From an uncultured Bacilli bacterium (GTDB lineage Bacteria > Bacillota_I > Bacilli_A > RFN20 > CAG-826), in assembly GCA_944368975.1 (NCBI GenBank), contig CALVXI010000003.1, positions 65,929-129,928 of the forward strand: a DNA stretch of 64,000 nt, read 5' to 3'. Positions 36,790 through 45,602 of the stretch are shown here, piece after piece. The notes under the pieces are model-generated. The model ran no database searches, was not told the origin of the DNA, and saw nothing but the letters and a program-made list of their open reading frames with translations. Made by a program: the position numbers and the translations under genes. Every line of letters starts with the position of its first letter. Position 1 is the first letter of the stretch.

Positions 36790-36818
36790 AAAAGTAGGTA
36801 TGACCTACTTTTTTATTT
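36790..36818 (+). terminator. Rho-independent terminator of the opp operon
   Basis: 9-bp stem AAAAGTAGG / CCTACTTTT with a 5-nt loop, followed by TTATTT. Confidence 0.65.
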
Positions 36819-36941
36819 AAAACTTTATGTGAAAATTTTATTTAAATAAAATATGTATTTAATTTTTTAATTTAGAATGCGATTTTAATTTAAAATTAAA
36901 AATAGTAAGAAATTTTCTTAATTCTCAATAAATTTAAGGTA

Positions 36942-36970
36942 TTTAAAAACGTCACTTAAAAGTTTATAAT
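36942..36970 (+). promoter_or_regulatory. candidate promoter (TTTAAA-17-TATAAT) for the PFOR gene
   Basis: TTTAAA at 36942-36947, a 17-nt spacer, then TATAAT at 36965-36970. RBS AAAGGAG and ATG 37001 follow. Confidence 0.35.
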
Positions 36971-37000
36971 ATTTAACGTATTAAAGGAGAAATTAAGAAA

Positions 37001-40000
37001 ATGTCAGACGTTAAGAAAACAATGCTTAGTGTTGATGGTAATACAGCTGCAGCCTTAGGTAGTTATAATTTTACTGAAGTTGCAACAATTTATCCTATTA
37101 CCCCATCAAGCCCAATGGCTGAACACGTTGATGTTTACGCTAGTCAAGGAAAGAAAAATTTCTTTGGTAATATTGTAAAAGTATGTGAAATGCAAAGTGA
37201 AGCTGGCGCTAGTGGTGCTCTTCACGGTGCTCTTCAAGGTGGATCATTAGCTACAACCTATACCGCAAGTCAAGGTTTATTATTAATGATTCCAAATATT
37301 TATAAATGGTGCGGTGAACTTCTTCCAGCAGTTTTACATGTTAGTGCTAGAAGTTTAGCAACTAGAAGCTTATCAATCTTTGGTGATCACCAAGATATCT
37401 ATGCAATTAGACAAACTGGTATTACTATGCTTTGTAGCCATAGTGTTCAAGAAGTTGCTGATTTAGCTCCACTTGCTCACTTAATCGCTATTGATTCAAG
37501 TTATCCAGTATGCCATTTCTTTGATGGATTTAGAACAAGTCATGAAATTCAAAATGTTGAATTTATTGATGATAATGAATGGAAGAAACTTCTTCCAATG
37601 GAAAAGGTAGAAGAATTTAGAGCTAGAGCTTTAAATCCACACACTCACCCAGTTACTAGAGGTGGTGCAGAAAATGATGATATTTACTTCCAAGGTAGAG
37701 AAGCTCAAAATGAACATATAAATAAAATTATTGATATTGCTTCTAAATATTTTGAAAAAGTTAGTGCTTTAACTGGAAGACATTATGCTCCATTTACCTA
37801 TGAAGGAGCAAAAGATGCTACTAAAGTTATTATCGCTATGGGTAGTGTCACTGAAACTGCTTTAGAAGTAGTTAATGATTTAACTAAAAAAGGTGAAAAA
37901 GTTGGTTTAATTAAAGTTCATCTTTATAGACCATTTAGTGCAAAACATTTATTAAGTGTTTTACCAAAAACTTGTAAAGAAATTGCTGTTTTAGATAGAA
38001 CTAAAGAAGCTGGTGCTATTGGTGAACCTTTATATGAAGATGTCGTTAGTGCTTTAAAACTTGTTGGTAAAGAAGGAATTAAAGTTATTGGTGGACGTTA
38101 CGGTTTATCAAGTAAAGACACTCAACCAAAACACATTAAATCAGTTTATGATTTCATGTTAAGTGGTAAAGAATTCCATAGTTTTACCGTTGGTATTAAT
38201 GATGATGTCACTCACTTATCAATCCCAGTAGATGAAACTTATGAAATTGCTCATAGTTACACAAGCTGTTTATTCTATGGTTTAGGAAGTGATGGTACAG
38301 TTGGTGCTAATAAGAGCAGTGTTAAGATTATTGGTGATGCAACTCATCAATATGCTCAAGCTTATTTTGCTTATGACTCAAGAAAATCTGGTGGTGTTAC
38401 AAGAAGCCATCTTAGATTTGGTAAAGAACCAATCCATTCAACATATTATGTTGAACATGCTGACTTTATTTCATGTTCACTTGATACCTATGTCTTTAGA
38501 TTTGATATGTTAAAGAATTTAAAGAATGGTGGCACATTCTTACTTAACACTGATATGGATGATGAAAAATTAATTGCTTCTCTTCCAAACCGTGTTAAAT
38601 ATCAATTAGCAACAAAGAAAGCTAAATTCTATGTTATTGATGCTAATAAGATTGCTCTTGAAGTTGGTATGGGAAGACACACCAATACAATTCTTCAAAG
38701 TGCATTCTTCTATTTAAATCCACAAATTATGCCTTATGATGAAGCGAATAAATGGATGAAGAAATTAGCAGAAAAAACTTATAGTAGAAAAGGACAAGAA
38801 ATTGTTGAACTTAACTATAAAGCAATTGATAAAGGTACTGAAGGACTTAGAGAAGTTAAAGTTGATCTAAGTTGGATTAATCTTCCATTTAATAGAGAAA
38901 GAGCTTCAATTGGCGAAGCATATTTTGATACATATGTAGATCACGTTAATACTCTTGATGGTAATGATATTCCTGTAAGTAAATTTACTGAATTTGAACT
39001 TTTAGATGGTACAATGGAAGAAAATATTACTTATAAAGAAAAACGTAGCATTGCTGATAGAGTCCCTGAATGGAACAAAGACTATTGTATTCAATGTAAT
39101 CAATGCGCCTTTGTCTGTCCACATGCTACTATTAGACCATTCTTATTAACTGATGAAGAAGTAAAAAATGGACCAGAAGGCTTAGCTGAAGTTACTAAAC
39201 CAGCAATTGGTAGTCCAAAAGTAACTGGTATGAAGTTCATTATTCAAGTTTCACCAATGAACTGTGTTGGTTGTGGACTTTGTGTTAATGAATGTATGGC
39301 TAATAAGACTGCAAAAAGACTTGGTAATGATCACTTTGCTTTAAAGATGGTCGAAGCTAAATCACAATTTGATAAAGAAAAATACGCTGAATACTTATAT
39401 AAACATACAGAATATAAGAGCGATATCTTCCCAACTACAACTGTTAAAGGTGTCGGATTCTTAATGCCTTATATGGAAATTAGTGGGGCTTGTGCTGGAT
39501 GTGGAGAAACTCCATATTATAGATTACTTTCACAATTATTCGGTAAAGATATGTTAGTTGCTAATGCAACTGGATGTAGTTCAATTTATAGTGGAAGTAC
39601 ACCTCTTACCCCATTTGTTACCGATAAGAAAGGTAATGGTGTTGCTTGGGCAAATAGTTTATTCGAAGATAATGCTGAATATGGTTATGGTATGAGACTT
39701 GCCACTAACTATAAATTAATGCAAATTTGTAGAATTTTAGAGGCTGGATTAAATAGCGAGACTGTTGAAGGTACTTTAAAAGAAACTATTAAATCTTATT
39801 TAGCAAATATTAAGAATAAAGAAGAAGCTCGTAAGATTGTTCCAACACTTGTTAAAGAAGTTAAAGACAGTAAAGATAAAGCTATTAAAGAAGTCTTAGA
39901 ATATGAAAGAGACTTAATCGATAAATCAGTTTGGATCATCGGTGGTGATGGTTGGGCTTATGATATTGGTTATGGTGGACTTGATCATGTTCTTGCTAGT

Positions 40001-40564
40001 GAAGATGATGTTAACATTATGTGTTTAGATACTGAAGTCTATTCAAATACAGGTGGTCAATCATCTAAATCAAGTCAAACTGGTAGTATTGCTCAATTTA
40101 CTGCTAGTGGTAAAAAGACAAGAAAGAAGAATCTTGCTTTAATGGCAATGAGTTATGGAAATGTCTACGTTGCTCAAATTGCTTTAGGTGCTAACCCAAT
40201 GAAAGCAATTCAAGCTATGAAAGAAGCTGAAAGTTATAATGGACCAAGTTTAATTATTTGTTACGCTCCATGTATTAACCAAGGTATTAAAGGTGGCTTA
40301 GTTAATTCTATTGAAACTGAAAAAGAAGCTGTCGAATGTGGATATTTCACAACATTTAGATATGATCCTCGTAAAGGTGAAAATGCTCTTGAACTTGATT
40401 GTAAAGAACCAGACTTCACTAAATTTAGAGAATTTATCTTAAAAGAAACTCGTTATTCTCAACTTCCAAAAGTTAATCCAGAACACTATGAAGAGTTATT
40501 CACTAAGAGTGAAGAAGCTGCTAAAGAAAGATGGATGAGAATTAAAAGATTTGGTGGTAAATAA
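37001..40564 (+). CDS. nifJ: pyruvate:ferredoxin (flavodoxin) oxidoreductase, single-chain NifJ/YdbK type
   Basis: 1187-aa fused PFOR. Two ferredoxin-type clusters are present (CIQCNQCAFVCPH and CVGCGLCVNEC). The TPP-binding region is GGDGWAYDIGYGGLDH. The N-terminal region is IYPITPSSPMAE. Confidence 0.95.
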   Translation: MSDVKKTMLSVDGNTAAALGSYNFTEVATIYPITPSSPMAEHVDVYASQGKKNFFGNIVKVCEMQSEAGASGALHGALQGGSLATTYTASQGLLLMIPNIYKWCGELLPAVLHVSARSLATRSLSIFGDHQDIYAIRQTGITMLCSHSVQEVADLAPLAHLIAIDSSYPVCHFFDGFRTSHEIQNVEFIDDNEWKKLLPMEKVEEFRARALNPHTHPVTRGGAENDDIYFQGREAQNEHINKIIDIASKYFEKVSALTGRHYAPFTYEGAKDATKVIIAMGSVTETALEVVNDLTKKGEKVGLIKVHLYRPFSAKHLLSVLPKTCKEIAVLDRTKEAGAIGEPLYEDVVSALKLVGKEGIKVIGGRYGLSSKDTQPKHIKSVYDFMLSGKEFHSFTVGINDDVTHLSIPVDETYEIAHSYTSCLFYGLGSDGTVGANKSSVKIIGDATHQYAQAYFAYDSRKSGGVTRSHLRFGKEPIHSTYYVEHADFISCSLDTYVFRFDMLKNLKNGGTFLLNTDMDDEKLIASLPNRVKYQLATKKAKFYVIDANKIALEVGMGRHTNTILQSAFFYLNPQIMPYDEANKWMKKLAEKTYSRKGQEIVELNYKAIDKGTEGLREVKVDLSWINLPFNRERASIGEAYFDTYVDHVNTLDGNDIPVSKFTEFELLDGTMEENITYKEKRSIADRVPEWNKDYCIQCNQCAFVCPHATIRPFLLTDEEVKNGPEGLAEVTKPAIGSPKVTGMKFIIQVSPMNCVGCGLCVNECMANKTAKRLGNDHFALKMVEAKSQFDKEKYAEYLYKHTEYKSDIFPTTTVKGVGFLMPYMEISGACAGCGETPYYRLLSQLFGKDMLVANATGCSSIYSGSTPLTPFVTDKKGNGVAWANSLFEDNAEYGYGMRLATNYKLMQICRILEAGLNSETVEGTLKETIKSYLANIKNKEEARKIVPTLVKEVKDSKDKAIKEVLEYERDLIDKSVWIIGGDGWAYDIGYGGLDHVLASEDDVNIMCLDTEVYSNTGGQSSKSSQTGSIAQFTASGKKTRKKNLALMAMSYGNVYVAQIALGANPMKAIQAMKEAESYNGPSLIICYAPCINQGIKGGLVNSIETEKEAVECGYFTTFRYDPRKGENALELDCKEPDFTKFREFILKETRYSQLPKVNPEHYEELFTKSEEAAKERWMRIKRFGGK

Positions 40565-40584
40565 TTAGTTTAATTAAAACTATT

Positions 40585-40622
40585 AAAGGACTTAGCAAAA
40601 TTGCTAAGTCCTTTCTTTTTTT
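40585..40622 (+). terminator. Rho-independent terminator
   Basis: 13-bp perfect stem AAAGGACTTAGCA / TGCTAAGTCCTTT with an AAAT loop, followed by CTTTTTTT. Confidence 0.8.
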
Positions 40623-40786
40623 AAATACATATCATTATTTATTAACATTTAAATATTTTAATAAAACAAAAGATATTAAAAATATTATAAACAAAAATCA
40701 AAACTTAAAAATAAAAGAAGAACTTAATTATGATGAATTTATATTTATTGATTCTTTATTATGAAAGAACGATATTAAATATACTT

Positions 40787-41316
40787 ATGGTTATAAATTT
40801 ATAATTATTCCTTTAGGTATAATTATATTAGGATTATTAATATTTAGTTTAATTTTAATTCTCTTTTTAGGATTAGGTCCATATTTTAATAAATCACCTT
40901 TACATTTTGGAAGAAGCTATTTTGCTAATCAAGATACTTTTAAGATTGAAAGAAACTATAATAATTATTTCTTTAATGAATCTACTTCTTTACTAGTTTC
41001 ATCTAATAGTGAAACTAGTAAAGATTACAATCTAATCATTGATAATAATCTTGAAAGTAATGAAGAAGGTGATGAAATTCTATATTTAACATTTACTAAT
41101 CTTAATGGTGAACTTATAAATAGTGAAAATGGATTAAGAGTAAATACACCATGTGAAGAAGATATTTATTATGGTGAAGCGATTTATAATGAAGTTACTT
41201 ATCAATATTTTATAATTGTTAATAATGATGTTCAAAATATTACATTTATTTTTAATAATGATATAGAAACATTAACAACTAATTTTACATTAACTAGCTA
41301 CTATAAATATTATTAA
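40787..41316 (+). pseudogene. start-less or frameshifted ORF for a small N-terminally anchored protein
   Basis: The frame ending at TAA 41314-41316 is open for 184 codons back to TGA 40762-40764, but it contains no in-frame ATG, GTG or TTG. It encodes a TM helix (IIIPLGIIILGLLIFSLILILFLGLG) and a ~150-aa domain. ATG 40787 in the adjacent frame gives MVINL* and stops at 40802-40804. A 1-nt indel in AAATTTATAA would fuse the two frames. Confidence 0.4.
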
Positions 41317-41428
41317 TGAAATTTAACTTAAATATTTAAAAATAATTGAGTTTTAGAAGGTTTTTAGTAAAATAATTATATTTTTGATAGATAAAAATTT
41401 AATAAATAATTTATAATTACTTCTAAAA

Positions 41429-41482
41429 TAAGAACATTTTACCTAAATTTTTAAGTAAAATGTTCTTAAATTGCAAGTAAAT
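41429..41482. terminator. bidirectional hairpin between convergent genes; also the left copy of the repeat flanking the AbiE cassette
   Basis: 14-bp perfect stem TAAGAACATTTTAC / GTAAAATGTTCTTA with a 12-nt loop. On the minus strand it is followed by TTATTTT. The segment 41435-41481 is about 80 percent identical to 43238-43284. Confidence 0.6.
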
Positions 41483-41503
41483 ATAACTTGATAATTATGT
41501 AAT

Positions 41504-42475
41504 TCATTCAATATTATCAATAGTTTCAGTGCGAATTATATTATTTTTACATCTCCATAAAGCCATTGGATGATTAATGATATTTTTAATTATTTCATTA
41601 TCTTTAAATAATAATGATGGATCATAGTTATTTTGTCTAAATTCTTTGATAAATTTAATTTCATCATCATCTAACTTAATAAGAGCTTTTAGATAATTTA
41701 TTACATTCTCTTTTGCTTCATCCAAGTTAAATTTATCTTTTTTATCAAGTAATGGCCTTAATTGTTTTTTGATCATCATATAATCGATATTTTTAACATT
41801 ATGATAATCTAACGAATCAATATCCTGATTGCCACCAATCATATTATAAAAGACTAGACATTTGCGCAATAAAGTTTGATTATCAATTATATTTTTATTA
41901 ATCATCATATTAACATCAAACAAATCTCTAGGCGTAGCTCTATCAAGAAGCGCATTTATTTTACTAGCATATAATTCGATAGTATCGATTGACAAAACTT
42001 CAAAAGGTTTATTATCAAAAGCGACTAATAATGGTTTGCTTTTTAAAGGCAAAATATGCGCCCTATCAAGAAAATTAATTTCGACCTTGATTTTATCTTT
42101 GTTTCCCCATGCATTAGTGTAAAAAAATTGAAATGATAATAATGCATATGACATCCTAGGCGAAACTGAAAGATTGTAACCATTATTTGACATATAGTCG
42201 GTGATTTTTTTGTAAGTTTCTTTCTTTAATATTGAGGTTTCTTCTTTGCTTAAGTTATTTGATAAATCTAAATCGATGTCGACTGAAAGTCTTTCTAATG
42301 GGACCGCAGTTAAATTAATTGCTGTACCTCCTTTTAAAGCGAATTTTCCTTTAAAAAAATTATCGTTATTTAAAAATTTTAATATGTCGATTAATCTATC
42401 GACTTTTTCTAAATTACTTTTAATAAAATCTTTTCCATTTAGTTTTAAATTAGTATAAGTATTTGAAACTATCAT
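41504..42475 (-). CDS. abiEii: nucleotidyltransferase AbiEii/AbiGii-family toxin (type IV toxin-antitoxin / abortive infection)
   Basis: The N-terminal signature is FALKGGTAINL...LSVDIDLDL, with RDLFDV later, as in the DUF1814/AbiEii family. I prefer ATG 42475, whose A is the last base of the upstream TGA. The track's TTG start is at 42478. Confidence 0.8.
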   Translation of the reverse strand: MIVSNTYTNLKLNGKDFIKSNLEKVDRLIDILKFLNNDNFFKGKFALKGGTAINLTAVPLERLSVDIDLDLSNNLSKEETSILKKETYKKITDYMSNNGYNLSVSPRMSYALLSFQFFYTNAWGNKDKIKVEINFLDRAHILPLKSKPLLVAFDNKPFEVLSIDTIELYASKINALLDRATPRDLFDVNMMINKNIIDNQTLLRKCLVFYNMIGGNQDIDSLDYHNVKNIDYMMIKKQLRPLLDKKDKFNLDEAKENVINYLKALIKLDDDEIKFIKEFRQNNYDPSLLFKDNEIIKNIINHPMALWRCKNNIIRTETIDNIE

Positions 42476-43221
42476 CAATGTCCCCCATATATTCTTGATT
42501 TTAAGTCAGTTGGTGCAATAAGTTGCCATGTTGGATGGTAGCATAAGTTTTTATAGTCGTTTTTAAGAAAGTATTTTAGCTGATTAGTTATTTTCTTTTT
42601 ACAAGATGCAAAAAAATCATCTGATATTTTTAATTCTTGTTTAAAGTTTTCTAATAAATAGCCAGTTTTTTGATACAAGTATATTTTGTTATAAGAATTA
42701 AGAATTGTTAAAAGCTTATCTTCATCAAGGTTTCTTATACAATCTAAAGCATTTAATATTTCCTCTATACCGCCTGCCTGATTAACGTCATCTATGCAAT
42801 CAATTATCGTCCTTTCTATAGAAGTAGAGCGTACATTTTGTCTCTTATATTCGGTTACTTCGGTAAAATTTTTCTCAACTTTATTTATATACTCTATATC
42901 TTCAAAAACAAAATTGCGAAATCTTTTTGCTGAGCAAATTGTTACTTCGTTATAAACTTGATTAGCTAATCCAAAAAATTCAAGAGCAGAATGATATCCA
43001 ATAAATGCATCGCTAGTGACATTAGAAGCAATTTCATAACGACTTAAAGAATGAAAACCATTTTGATCAACGAAAACATAAAGTCCATTACGAACTTTCT
43101 TAATTCTTTCATTTTTAGCTCGGCTATCAATCCAATAGTCTAATTGTTTTTGATTATCGAAATACTTTAATAATTCTTCTTTGTGAAATATGTATGGCAA
43201 ATATTCATCTAACTTTTTCAT
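42475..43221 (-). CDS. abiEi: AbiEi-family antitoxin / transcriptional regulator
   Basis: The N-terminal winged-helix-like region contains IKKVRNGLYVF, typical of AbiEi_4. The gene lies immediately upstream of, and overlaps, the AbiEii gene. No SD sequence precedes the ATG. Confidence 0.7.
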   Translation of the reverse strand: MKKLDEYLPYIFHKEELLKYFDNQKQLDYWIDSRAKNERIKKVRNGLYVFVDQNGFHSLSRYEIASNVTSDAFIGYHSALEFFGLANQVYNEVTICSAKRFRNFVFEDIEYINKVEKNFTEVTEYKRQNVRSTSIERTIIDCIDDVNQAGGIEEILNALDCIRNLDEDKLLTILNSYNKIYLYQKTGYLLENFKQELKISDDFFASCKKKITNQLKYFLKNDYKNLCYHPTWQLIAPTDLKSRIYGGH

Positions 43222-43285
43222 ACTTGCAATTTTAACACATTTTACTAATAAAATTAAGTAAAATGTTCATAAATAGCAAATAAAA
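43222..43285 (-). promoter_or_regulatory. candidate abiEi promoter/operator; also the right copy of the flanking repeat
   Basis: The plus strand reads ACTTGCAATTTTAACACATTTTAC TAATAAAATTAA GTAAAATGTTCATAAATAGCAAAT. This is an extended imperfect palindrome around 9-bp perfect arms. On the minus strand, TGTTAAAAT (an extended -10) ends 8 nt before the abiEi ATG, which would imply a leaderless or nearly leaderless mRNA. Confidence 0.4.
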
Positions 43286-43573
43286 TAATTTTTTTTAGTA
43301 CTTGATACGGTTAAAAACTCTACTTTTTTGAATGTACTTTGGATTTAGCGGTGGAACTAGTGCTGATGGATTAATTTTGCAATTAGTTTTTGGAAAAATC
43401 ATATTGATTAGTAATTTTTGTAGAAAGGATTACTATTTAGTTAAATAATATATAATCAAACATTCTTCACTAGATGAAATAAAGAAAAAAGAGTATATTG
43501 AGAACATAAATAAAAGATTAAATTTCTTTTGAAAATTAGAAATTTAAGTTAAGTTTTGAAAGGTTTTTAAATT

Positions 43574-44134
43574 ATGAGTCAAGCTATTAAGATGTTAAAT
43601 TATAATAAAAAATATCATAAATTATTTAATATAGAGAAAGATTTAATAAAAAGCATTTTAAAAGATTATGTAGTTAATATTTATCATATAGGAAGTACCT
43701 CAATCCCTTTTATTAAATCTAAACCAATTATAGATATAATGGTAAGCGTTAAAGATTTAAATAAGGTTGATGAAATGAAAGATGAATTTATTAAAGTAGG
43801 TTATGAATATCTAGGCGAATTTGGTATTAAAAATAGAAGATACTTAAGAAAAGGTGGAGATAATAGAACTCATCAAATTCATATTTTCAGTTATTTAGAT
43901 AAATATAACTTAACTAGACACATAGCTTTTAAAGAATATTTATTAACTCATAAAGATGTAGCTAAAAAGTACGAAGAAATTAAAGTAAAGTTAGCTTCTT
44001 TATATCCTAATGATATTGAAAAATATTGTGATGGGAAAGATGAGTTTGTTAAAAGCGTGGAAGAAAAAGCTTTAGAGTGGTATAAGAAGAATAAAGAATT
44101 ATTTATAAAAAAAGAAAAAATATTTAAGATTTAG
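43574..44134 (+). CDS. GrpB-family (UPF0157) nucleotidyltransferase-fold protein
   Basis: Has HIGSTSIPFIKSKPIIDIMV, the hallmark HxGST...KPIIDI motif. Also has YEYLGEFGI..RRY, THQIHIF and a C-terminal ...YCDGKDEFV. Confidence 0.8.
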   Translation: MSQAIKMLNYNKKYHKLFNIEKDLIKSILKDYVVNIYHIGSTSIPFIKSKPIIDIMVSVKDLNKVDEMKDEFIKVGYEYLGEFGIKNRRYLRKGGDNRTHQIHIFSYLDKYNLTRHIAFKEYLLTHKDVAKKYEEIKVKLASLYPNDIEKYCDGKDEFVKSVEEKALEWYKKNKELFIKKEKIFKI

Positions 44135-44253
44135 AGGCTTTTTATAATAAAATGGTCATTTTATAATATTAAAAACGTTATTAAAAATAGAAATTAGTTG
44201 AAGTAATGAATAATCATATTTAAGATAAATGTATTCTATGATGGAGGATACAT

Positions 44254-45480
44254 ATGTCCACAATGTTTTTTAAATCCAACCTAGTTCATACTCATTGGGA
44301 TACTTGGATGTATTTCTATAAAGATACTTTTTATTTATATTATTTAGCAGAAGAAAATGGTTGTTGGAGAGGGTTTGGGGTTGCAACTTCAAAAGATGGT
44401 GTAACTTATGAAGATCATGGACTAGTACTTAAAGCTAGTAGTAAAATGGTTAATTATTTAGGAACTGGCTCTATTTATAAAAATAATATTGATGGCGGTT
44501 TCATTGTTAATTATTCTGAATGGCAAGAGGTTAATGGTTTTGTTCAACAAAGGATATTTTTTGCTAAAACTAATGATTTAATTAATTTTACAAAGTGCGA
44601 CGTAGTATTTGATATTGATGAAAATTTATATAAAAGAAACGGTAGATGGGATTGTATTTATACTATACCTAATAATGATGGTACGTATTTTGGAACTTTT
44701 ACCGGAACGCCAAAAAATCGAGAAGACATTAATGGCGGAATAGCTTTTGGGTATTCTAAAGACGGCATTCATTGGGAAGCTATTGAATCAAAAGGAATGT
44801 ATCCTGATGCTGATGAATCTGGAGCAATAGTGAAAGTAAATAATAAATTTTATGGAATGTTTGGTATTTTAAAAGAAGGTATGATTGGTTATATTTCTGA
44901 AAATGTTAATGGTCCTTATTATAGATGCATGAAAAATACTTTTATGCTTCCTCCAGATACCACTTATTTTGCTAGATTTTTTAATTTTAAAGCTGAAATT
45001 CTTGTAAATCATCATGCTATAACTAAATTTAAAAAGGAAAATGGTTTCTTTATATGTTATATGGCTCCTTTAAAGAAAGCTGTTTTTTACGAGGACTACA
45101 TTTCACTTGTATATTGGCACGGGAATGATATTTTGAAGTCCAAGGGGGTATTAAAAAAATCAAATTTTGACAAAAGAGCTAATTTCTTTATAGAAGGGGA
45201 TATTGAAATAAATCAAATCCTCAAAATAAGTGAAATAAATATAAGTATTAGAAATGATCAGATAGTTTTTAACGAAGGGGATTACGAAAAAATAGTAAAA
45301 TATAGTGAAAGAAATATTAAAGTCATAGATAAAAATTGTAATTTAAAAATTTTATTAAAAGATTCAATTTTTGAAATTTATATTAATGAAACGTATATTT
45401 ATTCATATTGTATGAATAAATGTTTTGATGGCTCTTTGGACTGCAGTAATTTAAACATTTACGAAATACATGATTATTAA
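44254..45480 (+). CDS. divergent GH32-clan (five-bladed beta-propeller) glycoside hydrolase-like protein, cytoplasmic
   Basis: RBS GGAGG and no signal peptide. It aligns block by block with the neighbouring GH32 gene: HWDTWMYF...FYLYYL vs AADVIPFF...FMLFYL, ATSKDGVTYEDHG vs ETKDLVHYSDLG, RWDCIY vs FRDPFVF, and DESGAIVKV vs HECPDLFKI. Confidence 0.55.
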   Translation: MSTMFFKSNLVHTHWDTWMYFYKDTFYLYYLAEENGCWRGFGVATSKDGVTYEDHGLVLKASSKMVNYLGTGSIYKNNIDGGFIVNYSEWQEVNGFVQQRIFFAKTNDLINFTKCDVVFDIDENLYKRNGRWDCIYTIPNNDGTYFGTFTGTPKNREDINGGIAFGYSKDGIHWEAIESKGMYPDADESGAIVKVNNKFYGMFGILKEGMIGYISENVNGPYYRCMKNTFMLPPDTTYFARFFNFKAEILVNHHAITKFKKENGFFICYMAPLKKAVFYEDYISLVYWHGNDILKSKGVLKKSNFDKRANFFIEGDIEINQILKISEINISIRNDQIVFNEGDYEKIVKYSERNIKVIDKNCNLKILLKDSIFEIYINETYIYSYCMNKCFDGSLDCSNLNIYEIHDY

Positions 45481-45570
45481 AAGATTTTGTAAAAAAATGT
45501 TGCATTTTAAATTTTGCTATGGCAACATATAGTCAAGAAAAACTAATTCCTATTTATTGGTTATTGAAAA

Positions 45571-45588
45571 TGTGTAAACGTTTACACA
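45571..45588. promoter_or_regulatory. perfect 18-bp palindrome, cre / LacI-family operator type
   Basis: TGTGTAAACGTTTACACA is its own reverse complement. The central 14 nt, TGTAAACGTTTACA, fit the cre consensus TGWAANCGNTNWCA at every position. It lies 14 nt upstream of ATG 45603, immediately before the RBS AAGGAG. Confidence 0.75.
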
Positions 45589-45602
45589 AATAAGGAGAAG
45601 CT

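Noticed and set aside
40762-40764. The in-frame TGA reads naturally as Trp (DSLLWKND), which could hint at genetic code 4.
   Set aside because: TGA is the stop codon of well-supported genes in this window (18475-18477 and 42475-42477), and all long genes are intact under code 11. The frame upstream of this TGA also has no start codon and runs through a terminator hairpin.
43300-43400. A patch richer in GC (TTTGGATTTAGCGGTGGAACTAGTGCTGATGG) in the abiEi-grpB intergenic region, considered as an sRNA, tRNA fragment or gene remnant.
   Set aside because: It has no cloverleaf or stable hairpin, no ORF with a start codon, and no match to anything else in the window. The evidence is insufficient.
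45497-45530. Hairpin ATGTTGC...GCAACAT after gene 44254, considered as a terminator.
   Set aside because: The stem is short and interrupted and no T-tract follows. The downstream gene probably depends on read-through or on its own promoter near the cre-like site.
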